The notes: generated by a model from the sequence alone, not told the origin. A stretch of DNA of 64,000 nucleotides from an uncultured Caldilineaceae bacterium (GCA_951813625.1 CATOTS010000001.1:231928-295927), one strand, 5' to 3'. Positions 27,161-36,314 are shown, counted from the first letter of the stretch. Program-made: numbers and translations.

Positions 27161-28133
27161 GTAGTCGCCGGATGAACTCCGAGCAGTGCCGTAGGCGTAG
27201 AAGGAGCGGCTAGCTGTGGCGGCACCCGCGCCGTCAGTGGTCAGCGATGTGCTGCCGAGGTGGTCGCCGTGCAGGTGGAAGAGGTCGCTGCCGCGCTTGA
27301 CCGCGATGCGCAGTCCGCCGAAGCTGTAGTGGCTGAGGGTCGTCATGACAACGCCAGTCACCTCCTCCTCGTTGTGAGAGAAAAAGGTGTAGGTCGTGGT
27401 CGTGCCGCTTACCTTCTTGACGCGCGCACCGTCAACGTCGTACCAGTACTGCTCCAGCAAATCACCGTTGTTGTCCTGTACCTTCGACAGCCGGTTCTCA
27501 ACATCCCAGACGAGCGTCTGCTGGCCGGCGAGCCCCTTGTTGCGTGTGGTCATATTGCCGTTGGCATCGTAGTCGAAGCGGTCGGCGTTGCCGATGCGGT
27601 CGACCGCGTGGAAGGGCCCGCTGTCGCCGTAGCCGTAGCTCTGGCCGTTGAAGGATGTCAGACGGCTGGCGCCGTCGTAGGCGTACGTCCTGCCATAAGC
27701 GCTGGTCAGCCGCCCCAGCCCATCGTAGGTGAACTCGTTGCTGGTCGTGCCCTCGGTCAGCGCAGTGATGTCGCCGAAGCTGTTGTAGGCGTAGCCGCGG
27801 CTGAGACGCTCGCCGCCGTCCTCGCTCAGCCCCACGTTCAGACTCGCCAGTCTGCCGCCGTTGCCTGGCTCCTTCCAGGGGTAGAAGCTCTGCGTGCGCC
27901 ACAGGTTGCCGCCCGCGGGGAAGCGCATCGCGGTCATACGCCCGGCCTCGTCGTAGTTCACTGTGTCGACCAGTGCGCCGTGGACCGAGCTTTTCAGATC
28001 CACGGGCACGTCCGGGCTGCCGTACTCCGTTGTCACGTCCTCGCCGCAGTGATAGGTGACGGCGGTGGGCCGGTGGTGGTCGTCGTAGCTGTAGCTGCTC
28101 GTGCGCGTGAGGCTGTTGATGGTGACGTGCTCT
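27161..28133 (-). pseudogene. Rhs/YD-repeat core fragment, truncated at both ends by IS3 termini
   Basis: YD repeats (YAYNSFGDITAL, FTYDGLGRLTSAY, YAYDGASRLTSF, FDYDANGNMTTR, YWYDVDGARVKK). The 3' end stops at ...FYAYGTARSSSGDY, exactly at IS3 right end 27160. The 5' end abuts the solo IS3 left repeat at 28134. Confidence 0.8.
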
Positions 28134-28177
28134 ACCATACACCTTAGCTCGTGGTCCAGTTTTTTGGGCCCACTTCA
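28134..28177 (-). repeat. solo IS3 left-end inverted repeat (inverted orientation)
   Basis: The reverse complement reads TGAAGTGGGCCCAAAAAACTGGACCACGAGCTAAGGTGTATGG, matching the IRL at 25923 and 26311. No transposase sequence follows. Confidence 0.75.
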
Positions 28178-28229
28178 CTCACAACCGTCTTGCAATGACT
28201 GCTCGCCGTATTTCCCCGAGAAGGCTATA

Positions 28230-28796
28230 TCAAAGCAACTCATAGAAATCGCCAAACGATTTGAACTCTGGTTCACCTTGATTAAAACTCTTTCCGCGAC
28301 TGGCCCACATCTGATTGAGTAATTCAAGAAAGGAAGTCGCAATTACAGGTGATTTTCCTTCCTCCGCGTGCGAGTCCCAAAAGCTGTAGTAACAGAATCC
28401 TAGCCTGGAAGGTTCGAAATCGATCGAGATGTATTCGCCTGAATCGCCATGGCCGATGATATACCAAGACCAAGAAGGTTCATCTCTTGTCCTATCCAGT
28501 TCCTCTGGAGTGAAACCATAAAAGAACATAGAATTTGACTGAATCACTTCGTGCGGTGATACGATGCGCGCCAGGTCGTATTCGCCTTCGACCAACGTCA
28601 GACCTCCACAAAGACGGTAAAAGAGTTGAACATCTTCTGGAAGAATATGCTCCTGCAGGATTTCAGGTATACCTGCCGGCGACTCCATCAGGCACTGAGG
28701 ATGATTTGACAGGCTCCCAAGTAAGTCGATGAGTTCATTCATTTGCTGATTCCTCCAGACCGAATCAGAAATCGTTCGGGGGAGATTGGGCGGCAT
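28230..28796 (-). CDS. SUKH/SMI1-KNR4-like immunity protein (putative)
   Basis: 188 aa. The ATG directly follows the toxin stop (TAAATG). Pattern LPEDVQLFYRLCGGLTL ... WYIIGHGDSGEYISIDF ... resembles SMI1/KNR4 (SUKH-1) immunity proteins. AT-richer than core genes. Confidence 0.6.
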   Translation of the reverse strand: MPPNLPRTISDSVWRNQQMNELIDLLGSLSNHPQCLMESPAGIPEILQEHILPEDVQLFYRLCGGLTLVEGEYDLARIVSPHEVIQSNSMFFYGFTPEELDRTRDEPSWSWYIIGHGDSGEYISIDFEPSRLGFCYYSFWDSHAEEGKSPVIATSFLELLNQMWASRGKSFNQGEPEFKSFGDFYELL

Positions 28797-30155
28797 TTAG
28801 TAAGCATCTATGAGCTCAAGGACATACTCAGTGAACGCCCGATAATAGTTGGAACGGGCTTCAGCAGATACAGCAGCAGCATCGAACATGCTTTCTGCCA
28901 CTTTAAGAATGTTTTGAGCAGGAACATTTTGCCAGTCTACTGCGCCTATAATGCTACCAGTCAGATCTTGTTTCCACCGATCGAAAACGCCAAAGGTAGC
29001 CTGATGTTGTTCACTTGGGTGGACGATCGTAGGTGCTTGCCTTTTGTTATATCCAGGAAGGTTTGCCTGTGCCCAGGCATCCAGAATTCCATGATGTCTG
29101 TGAAGGCCGGAACCTCTAGGTATTGCTTGACGATAAGGTATAATGTCCCATTTTTTGATTACTCCTCCGATAAGTCTTATAGGTTCGTCACGAGGAAGAG
29201 CCGAAGCCAAGTCGAAAGCTATGTTGGTCACTCGCTCTCCAGGCGACAGTGGATCTCCAACAACATTCTCCCCGAGAACCCCGGTAAATATACCGTATCC
29301 TGGGATCATGCTAGAGAAATATAGTTCCATGTTTCTAAACGTATCCCTAACTTTTTTGCTGGCCTCAAAAACCTGTCGTCCTACATATCCCGTGAGATTT
29401 GCAATCCAGTCAGAGTTAAGTCGCTCCCCCAGATCACGCGTTTTCCCAAACCCTAAGAGTTCTGCAGCCGCATCAAACGGATTAGGGAGTCCAGGTATGT
29501 CAGGCCAGTCAAGGCCTTGGTGGCCAGTGGGATCTGTATATCTGAGTGGGTTTCCTTGAACATAAAGAAAACGGTTGTAGTCAACTATCATTCTTGGCTC
29601 AGGCACCATGGAGTCTGACGACACGAACGTACCCAGCGCGGGGTCGTAGTAGCGTGCGTTGTAATACATCAGGCCGCTGGCGTATTCCTTCTGGCCGGTG
29701 AAGGTGTGGTCGGTCTGGAGGTCGCCGGTCGCGGCGCGCTCTGCGCCATAGGCGTAGTAGGTGCGGCTGGCGGTCTCGGCCTACCCGCGCGTGGTGAGCG
29801 AAATGCTGCCGAGGTGGTCTCCGTGCAGGTGGTAGAGGTCGCTGCCGCGCTTGACCGCGATGCGCATGCTGCCGAAGGTGTAAGAGCTGATGGCCGTCGT
29901 TACGCCGTTGGCGACCTCCTCCTCGTAGTGGCCGAAGAAGGTGTAGGTCGTCGTGCTGCCGCTGACCTTCTTGACGCGCGCGCCGTCGACGTCGTACAAG
30001 TACTGCTCCAGAAGGTCGCCGTTGTTGTCCTGTACCTGCGACAGCCGGTTCTGCGCGTCCCACACCAGCGTATGCTGGTCGGCGAGGCCCTTGTTGCGCA
30101 CGGTCATGTTGCCGTTGGCGTCGTAGTCGAATTCAGACGATCCACTCACCTTCAT
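28797..30155 (-). pseudogene. orphan Rhs C-terminal module: rhs core fragment plus DPxGH core end plus 240-aa toxin domain, with one in-frame TAG
   Basis: ORFs 30155-29781 and 29669-28797 share a frame and are separated only by TAG at 29781-29783. Read through, it gives ...HLGSISLTTRG*AETASRTYYAYGAERAATGDLQTDHTFTGQKEYASGLMYYNARYYDPALGTFVSSDS...NPLRYTDPTGH followed by a novel C-terminal domain. Confidence 0.8.
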
Positions 30156-30928
30156 TGCGTCGAATCGTCACATTCGGACGGAAGTGAATAATAACCATAA
30201 CCAATGCGTTCGGGTTCGGCTCCCAGGTCTTCTATCGAGCCGGGCCAGGGCTTGATGATACAGAGAACATAGTACTTCTTATTCGGAAAGTCGAACTCGT
30301 AGTGCGTCGTGACCATTTTGGCGACGTCTTCCAGGGGAAGCATCGTCGCAAAATGCATGTTCAATCCTTGGGGAAAAGGAGGGGGCAGAGGCCGCTGTCT
30401 ATGGTGTTCGCTAAATGAGACGTGGGAGAAGACAAGCCCCTGGTCAACATACCATAGAGCGAAGTTCAACTCCCCCGTTTCAGCTTCCTGCACCCAGTAG
30501 GCCGAATAGAATTCGGGCGCACCGAAGCAATCGACTACTTGAAGGAGAGTCGGAAAAGAGCCCGTTCCAAAATCGATCTCCATGAGCGCTCCTTCCTCAA
30601 AAAATTCGGCAAAATAGAGCACGCCGACATCCGCGACCTCCCATGAGAGCCGTGGAAATGGATGAAAATTGTCGCGCTCAGGAAATCGAATGTCCTCGCG
30701 TTCGATCCCCCAAATCCTTCGCACGGTGGCGATGACATCATCTTGCGTGTCTTCGCCAAACCTGAACTCCTTCCAGTGGGCGTCTGCAAAGTTGGCGCAA
30801 GGGAAGGGTTCAGGAGTACCTGTAGTTGTGACCGGCCTCGACGGGACACTAGGCATGATGCTGCAGCCTGCCAGCATGACGACTGAAGTCACAACCAGGG
30901 CAGTTTGCTTCAACGTGGATGACAGCAT
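30152..30928 (-). CDS. lipoprotein of unknown family (paralog A; candidate immunity protein)
   Basis: GAAGGAG SD sits 6 nt before ATG 30928. Signal peptide MLSSTLKQTALVVTSVVMLAGC with lipobox LAGC. The stop overlaps the start of the downstream rhs module (ATGA). Paralogous to 31488-32216. Confidence 0.7.
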   Translation of the reverse strand: MLSSTLKQTALVVTSVVMLAGCSIMPSVPSRPVTTTGTPEPFPCANFADAHWKEFRFGEDTQDDVIATVRRIWGIEREDIRFPERDNFHPFPRLSWEVADVGVLYFAEFFEEGALMEIDFGTGSFPTLLQVVDCFGAPEFYSAYWVQEAETGELNFALWYVDQGLVFSHVSFSEHHRQRPLPPPFPQGLNMHFATMLPLEDVAKMVTTHYEFDFPNKKYYVLCIIKPWPGSIEDLGAEPERIGYGYYSLPSECDDSTQ

Positions 30929-31023
30929 AGCACACTCCTTCTGAGGCTTCCGACAGTATAACGGCAATTTGACCACTCCCTATATGCAGGCCCAATTGCA
31001 CGCGGATCGCGGCATTCCTTGTT

Positions 31024-31446
31024 TCATGGAAGGAGAGGGAGCCTAAAGACCTTTCTAATGAGATTCTCCATCGCTTTGTTTGTCCCTTGTCTTCCCCGCT
31101 CGTCATGCTTATAGCCATCGGGAACGGTAAGGCCAAAAACCCAGTCGGTCACAGCCTCGGCCCAGTACTCAAAGACGTTTATCCCGCCATATACGGTGAT
31201 ACTGTCGACCAGGGCGCCGTGGATTGAGCTGCTCAGACCCACGGCCGCGCCCGGGCTGCCGTAGGTTGTGGTGATCACCTCGCCGCCGGGGTAGGTGACC
31301 GCGGTGGGGCGGTGGTAGTCGTCGTAGCTGAAGCCGCTCGCGCGCGTCAGGCTGTCGATAGTAACGCTCACGCTGTTGGCGCAACTGTAGCTGTCGTAGG
31401 TGAAGCTGCGGCTGACCATAATGCGAATTCTGCCAAGAATGGACAC
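31024..31446 (-). pseudogene. chimeric Rhs remnant: early rhs core fragment fused to the tail of a lost toxin domain
   Basis: Residues 1-82 (FTYDSYS...VTIDSLTRASGFSYDDYHRPTAVTYPGGE...IHGALVDS) parallel the N-terminus of fragment 27161-28133. The last 58 aa (ITVYGGINVFEYWAEAVTDWVFG...) are unrelated and lack the DPxG core-end motif. Only a GTG is available as a start. Confidence 0.65.
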
Positions 31447-31487
31447 GTCTTAGACGACGTCATACCGAGATACACCCGTTGCGATCA

Positions 31488-32216
31488 CTAGCGGCAGCGG
31501 GCACTTGAATAGGAATGAGATTCAACTTCAATCTCCTCTATCGAGCTCGGCCATGGCCTGATTTCGCAAATGAAAAATGAATGTACTGCAGGAAGATGTA
31601 ATTTAGAGATCATTCGTTCGAGATCGTCAGCTTCGGAGGCAGAAAAATCGGTCATCTGATATTCGGGGGTGATCTCCGCTGGCTTATCCCAACCAGGAAA
31701 TGAAATCCCTCGGACGACGAACCCTCTGTCCACATACCATAGGTGAACTATGATGGCTTCGCCTTTGGAGCCCAACTGGTAGTAGGCAACGTAGTATTCA
31801 GGGTCTCCCAGGCAACCAATAACCTCGGTTATCGTTGGTCTCCGATTTCTCCAGTGGAAGAAGACGGCCGACAGTTTCGTGTCTTCGTGAAAATGAGCAA
31901 CGTAAGTTCCATCGGCTTCATCAGCGAATTCGAAAGGCCAGGAGGCGCGCACATACTTGCCCTGCACATCAAGCTTGATCTGACTATTTTCGAGATCCCA
32001 AAGTTCGACAATCTTGGCAACGACATCCTCTTATTCGTAGGACGAATCGGTGTCGAAACGAAACTTTGACCAGTAAGACTCGGTGAAACTCTCACACGCA
32101 AAGGGAGGATAGGGCGTGAGTCTTGGCGGTGGTGGCGGCGCGACACATCCGGTCAGCAACTGCAATGCAAATAGGCCCAACGTGTAGCGGCGCCACAGTC
32201 TTGAAAATGCTTTCAT
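31488..32216 (-). pseudogene. lipoprotein paralog B with one in-frame TAA
   Basis: Signal peptide MKAFSRLWRRYTLGLFALQLLTGC (lipobox LTGC). TAA at 32031-32033, after which the same frame continues into ORF 31967-31488. Shares PF(P/A)C..F....W..FRF, CxG.PE(F/Y)Y.AY, LWYVD.G.V, I(K/R)PWP.SIE(D/E) with paralog A. Confidence 0.7.
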
Positions 32217-32265
32217 GGCCCCTTGAAAACCCCCTCAATATAATCTCGTTGATCTACCGTAGTTC

Positions 32266-32834
32266 GTAACTACTAAGCTACATACAGCATCTGTCTCGAC
32301 CCGCCTTCCATCCCCGCCGCCATTCAGATTATCTGAACGCGAATTCGGTTGGCCGCCGCCACGTTGGATGGGTCGCACTGCAGGAATGAAGGCGTACTGT
32401 CGGTGAGCGCTGGTTTTGGAGGGGGGCGTTGCGGGGGGAGTCCCCCCGCACAAGGGAGGGCCGCAGGCCCGACCGTCCAAACTGCAGTGGCCAGTGGTCA
32501 GTTGCCAGTTGCCAGGAACTGCAGGGGGCGGTGCTCTCCGGTAGAACGCGCGAACGGCTGGCGGCGCACACACACGGCCGCATAGGCACGCTGGCGATGG
32601 CGATACGCTGGAAACGCGCAGGCACGGTGGCGAGGCGCTGGGCCGCTGGTCACGCAGGGCTGCCTTAGAACCCACATCTGGCGGCGTGTGGAGGGGTGTC
32701 AGGGGGGCGTTGCGGGGGGAGTCCCCCCGCACAAGGGAGGGCCGCAGGCCCGACCGTCCAAAAGAGCAAGGAGAGAGAAAATACCATCGCCCGCCCCGTT
32801 CAGGGTCGCGGACTGATAGCGGCTGAGTAGATAC
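32266..32834 (-). mobile_element. MITE-like non-autonomous element with IS66-type termini (long variant, about 569 bp)
   Basis: Ends GTAACTACTAAGC (32266) and GCTGAGTAGATAC (32834). The interior is colinear, in reverse orientation, with the 308-bp element at 54756-55063. It carries an extra segment of about 280 bp bounded by a 60-bp direct repeat. No coding capacity. Confidence 0.7.
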
Positions 32835-33162
32835 TAAGAAGCAAGAAAGCTGCAACCGAAGCCCCGCCAACCCGGGCAAGAGAATCCCGACCGTCCTATG
32901 CCGCCGTCAGCAACTCTCCAAGCCAACGAAATACTAGAGGCCGTTGACATTTCCAATGAATGGTCAAAGAAAATTGGCATCGCCAAATTGCGTACTGTCC
33001 CAACTTTGGTTCGGCTGATTCTTGAAGCCGAGACTGCCGCGTGAGCCCGTGCCGTTAACCGTGTCCATCACAAAAATCAGGCGAATCATGGGTCAGACAA
33101 ATGACGACGAGACTGAGGCAGTCAGTTCGAAGCACGGGATACGAGGATGGACCTCCGGCGGA

Positions 33163-33801
33163 TCAGGGTACCTGCTGCACGACGAGAAGAACCCCTGCCC
33201 TAATCGAAATGTTTGCGGGCGAGGATGCAAGTGTATTGCTGACGCCGCGCGTGCTGCCGAGGTGAAGGGTCGCGTTTTCTAGCGAGTATTCGAGGCCCTG
33301 GTAGGTCACTCCTGTCACCTTTTCGCTCAAGGCAATCGCGCTGACGTAGCTGCCGGCCGGACCCGTCAGTGTGAGGGAACCGGGCCCGCTCAGGACGCGC
33401 GCCAGCTGATCTCCTTCGGCGATGGCGAGGGGGACGGGCCAGCTCCTTTGGGCCAGGATCAATAGGTTGGCGATCGTCTGGTCCAGGCGGCCGCCGACGG
33501 CCCCCAAAAGGACGAGTTCGCTCGCGCCTTCCCGGACGGCGCGCTCGACCGCCAGTTCGAGATCGGTCGCGTCTTTGGCGGCCGGGTGCTGTTCAACGTC
33601 TACACCCTGATTGCGCAGTTGCGCCAGATGCGCCGGGTCAACGCTGTCCAGGTCGCCGACGATCAGGTCGGGCAGGAGGCCGAGCGCATCGAGATGGCGC
33701 GCGCCGCCGTCGACCGCGATGCGGTAGTCGTCGGCTCGCAGCCAGCGCGTCAAAGCGCTGTAGTCGGGGACTTCGCCGTTTACGAAGAGTAAGGCGCGCA
33801 T
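33163..33801 (-). CDS. thiamine diphosphokinase
   Basis: MRALLFVNGE..., DGGARHL, LIVGDLDS, KDATDLELA motifs of the TPK catalytic domain plus a C-terminal thiamine-binding beta domain. Confidence 0.8.
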   Translation of the reverse strand: MRALLFVNGEVPDYSALTRWLRADDYRIAVDGGARHLDALGLLPDLIVGDLDSVDPAHLAQLRNQGVDVEQHPAAKDATDLELAVERAVREGASELVLLGAVGGRLDQTIANLLILAQRSWPVPLAIAEGDQLARVLSGPGSLTLTGPAGSYVSAIALSEKVTGVTYQGLEYSLENATLHLGSTRGVSNTLASSPANISIRAGVLLVVQQVP

Positions 33802-33815
33802 GGCCTTCCGATTCC

Positions 33816-34430
33816 TTAGAGGAACGCCTGCCAAACAAAGATCGATAGCATCATCACGCTGATTGCGAATTCGACAGCCATTGCAAGCAGGAATCCACTG
33901 ACATAACCTTTAACCGCCTGCGTGGCCGCGCGCCGATGGGAGCGCGCGCTTGTTTCAACGCTGTTGCCGATGTTAGCTGCCGATTCGACGCTCCCCGCTT
34001 CACTGGAGGCGGACGCGAGCCCCGCAGAAGAGCGGCGCGCGCGGCGGTACTCCATGAGCCAGAGGGCTGAAATCGAGCCGGCGGCGGCGCCAACGAAGGT
34101 ACCCACGACCGGAATGCCGGATAGCAGGATCGCACCAACGAGCCCACCCAGGATAGAGACGCCGATCGAGCGCCAGCCGGCGCCGGAACGGCGGCTGCTG
34201 ATAAAGCTCAGGGCCAAATCGGCGCCCCAGGCGATGACCGTAAGGAGTGCGAGGAAGAGCAGCGTCGGCCAGCCGATGCGGGCGAAGTCGTCAGCCCATG
34301 CCCAGACCAGGACGCCAAGCCAGATGAAGGGCGGCCCGGGGAGGACCGGAACCATTGCACCGACGACTCCCAGGACGATGAGCAGATAACTGATGCCGAA
34401 TAGCAGGTCGGAGAGTTCAACGAATGGCAT
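33816..34430 (-). CDS. DUF456-family membrane protein
   Basis: Four or five TM helices with [13 protein letters not shown] and [18 protein letters not shown] patterns typical of DUF456. Start taken at MPFVEL (34430). Confidence 0.6.
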   Translation of the reverse strand: MPFVELSDLLFGISYLLIVLGVVGAMVPVLPGPPFIWLGVLVWAWADDFARIGWPTLLFLALLTVIAWGADLALSFISSRRSGAGWRSIGVSILGGLVGAILLSGIPVVGTFVGAAAGSISALWLMEYRRARRSSAGLASASSEAGSVESAANIGNSVETSARSHRRAATQAVKGYVSGFLLAMAVEFAISVMMLSIFVWQAFL

Positions 34431-35196
34431 CGAGGCCCTCCACGCGCGCAACATTTTCCTCGGCTTGCAGGGGTAAGAGCGTATCGCCGGCGAAGAGTGG
34501 CGGCAGGTCCAAGTCCAGGCGTTCGTATAGGGACGGAGGCACGCCAATGTCGGCGAGGAAGAGCTGGCCGCGGGCGGCCTTCGCCTCGGACTGGATGAGC
34601 CCGAGCTTGGGCAGCGCCAGGGTCATGGTGGCGGAGGCGGCGATGTGAGGACTGAAAAGTTGACCGCTGGAGGCGTCGAGGCCGCTGGGAACGTCGAGGC
34701 TGAGGATCGGCGCGACGCTGCTGTTCGCCAGCTGGATCAGATCGGAGACGCGGCCGCGCGGGGGGCCTGTCAGGCCGTAACCTATCAGGGCATCAATGAC
34801 GAGGTCGGCGGGGGGGAGTTCCCAGCCTTCTTCAGCCCATGCGAGGGGCGCGTCCATCCGTTGCAGCGCGGTCAATTGACTGCGCATTTCACCTCGGGGA
34901 ATATCGCTGAGCGGATGCGAAAGCACGATCTGCACCCAGGCGCCCCAATTGAGCAGGTGGCGTGCCGCGGCAAGGCCGCCGCCGCCGTTGTTGCCGCGTC
35001 CCGCCAACACGACGATTGGACGGTCCTGCAGCGCGTCGGCGGCTCCGTCCTCGTCGTCGGAGAGCATTTGCCTGGCCAGGCGCGCAAGTTCGCGGCCGGC
35101 GTTCTCCATCATCTGCACGAGCCGGACGCCAAACTCTTCGACCATGAGCCGGTCCACGTCGCGCATCTGGTCGGAAGTCAGTGCAGGCAGATTCAC
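34417..35196 (-). CDS. NAD(P)H-hydrate epimerase (YjeF N-terminal domain only)
   Basis: [54 protein letters not shown]. The GTG start at 35196 overlaps the upstream stop (GTGA). No fused dehydratase domain. Confidence 0.75.
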   Translation of the reverse strand: MNLPALTSDQMRDVDRLMVEEFGVRLVQMMENAGRELARLARQMLSDDEDGAADALQDRPIVVLAGRGNNGGGGLAAARHLLNWGAWVQIVLSHPLSDIPRGEMRSQLTALQRMDAPLAWAEEGWELPPADLVIDALIGYGLTGPPRGRVSDLIQLANSSVAPILSLDVPSGLDASSGQLFSPHIAASATMTLALPKLGLIQSEAKAARGQLFLADIGVPPSLYERLDLDLPPLFAGDTLLPLQAEENVARVEGLDAIR

Positions 35197-36314
35197 GCGC
35201 CCGGCTCCGGTTGCTGCGGCGGCAGAATGAGAAAGCCTAGCATCCAGCAGACCAGGGCGGGGATGACGATTGTGCTGGTCCACAGATGGACGGACCAGGT
35301 CGTGCCTGCGGTTGGCAGGAGTACTGCGTAGTAGCCGGAGTAGAGGAGAAAGGGAATGGCTGGGGCAAGCCAACGGATCGATTGTGGGTTGCGGCGCGGA
35401 TGGGCCCGCCAAGTCAGGTAGTCGACCACGACGGCGGCGGCGCCCATGCCGAGCGCCAACCAGATCATGAGGGGGCGTTCGTAATCGATAATGGTCGCGC
35501 CCAGGATGGCCAGACCGAGCACGGCGGACACGGCGCCCAGGGGCAGCCGCCAGCGGCGCAGCACAATGAGAAGCGTTCCGGTCAGCGCGGCCGCGGTGAG
35601 GATGGCTCCGGCCAGCCCCGCAGCCTTGCCCACATCGTCGTGAAAGTAGCCATCGCCCGTTCCCGGCGTTCCGAGCTGCACGGTCACGGGGAAGTAGAAC
35701 ATCATAAAGAAAATTAGATTGGCGAGAAAGAGTCCAAGCGACCCGATCGCGGGCGCGTGCGTGCGCCAGCCGGGGTTATCGTCATGCCGATTCCAGGCAG
35801 CGCGCAACGGGCCGGCGACGCTGAGGCCGATCCCGAGTCCGAGTAGTATATGGGTTGGGCTGTAGAGCGCTTCTATACCGCTCTCGACGCCGAACAGCTG
35901 ATGCCAGACCATGTCGCCTGCGCCGCCGGCGGCGAAGATAAAGAGGCCGAGGCCGGTCAGGCGGTAGCCGTTCGGGATCGCCAGCGTAAGAGGGTAACCG
36001 CGCAGCATGTTCAAAGTCGTGGCGCCGGCAAAGACGATGGCGACGAGAAGATAGCCGCTGTAGAAAAAAGCGTGCCAGGGCGTAAAGAAAGACTGATCGA
36101 CGCGGCCGTGATTGTGCGCCCAGCCGTCCAGATACAGGCCGCCGACGAACATCGCGCTTAACGCCGTCACCAGCCAATCGAAGCGCAGACCGGAGATTCG
36201 TTGCCGTCTGGCTGCAGCCTGTGATTCGCGCGCAGACGCGTTCTCTGAAACTGAAGGCGCGGCCTGCGCCTGCGCCCCGAAGGCGTGCTCGACGGTATTT
36301 TTCGTCATACTCAT
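35193..36314 (-). CDS. polytopic membrane protein, unknown function
   Basis: 373 aa with about 9-10 hydrophobic helices. Several conserved-looking His/Trp positions ([29 protein letters not shown]). No family recognised. Confidence 0.55.
   Translation of the reverse strand: MSMTKNTVEHAFGAQAQAAPSVSENASARESQAAARRQRISGLRFDWLVTALSAMFVGGLYLDGWAHNHGRVDQSFFTPWHAFFYSGYLLVAIVFAGATTLNMLRGYPLTLAIPNGYRLTGLGLFIFAAGGAGDMVWHQLFGVESGIEALYSPTHILLGLGIGLSVAGPLRAAWNRHDDNPGWRTHAPAIGSLGLFLANLIFFMMFYFPVTVQLGTPGTGDGYFHDDVGKAAGLAGAILTAAALTGTLLIVLRRWRLPLGAVSAVLGLAILGATIIDYERPLMIWLALGMGAAAVVVDYLTWRAHPRRNPQSIRWLAPAIPFLLYSGYYAVLLPTAGTTWSVHLWTSTIVIPALVCWMLGFLILPPQQPEPGA

Noticed and set aside
27161-31446. I considered calling a type VI, type VII or other secretion-associated effector locus from the Rhs pieces.
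   Set aside because: No PAAR, VgrG, WXG/LXG, signal peptide or other delivery domain is present in the window. All rhs pieces lack an N-terminus, so the export route cannot be inferred.
32485-32516. Heptamer repeats CAGTGGC/CAGTTGC. Related AGTTGCCAGTT strings occur at 21-33 and 45620-45632.
   Set aside because: The array is internal to a MITE and has only 4 units. The other two occurrences are single short matches containing a TTGCCA hexamer, which is insufficient to call a shared element.
33022-33282. An 86-aa plus-strand ORF lies at the island edge.
   Set aside because: It overlaps the 3' end of the thiamine diphosphokinase gene on the opposite strand and has no motif or ribosome-binding site.
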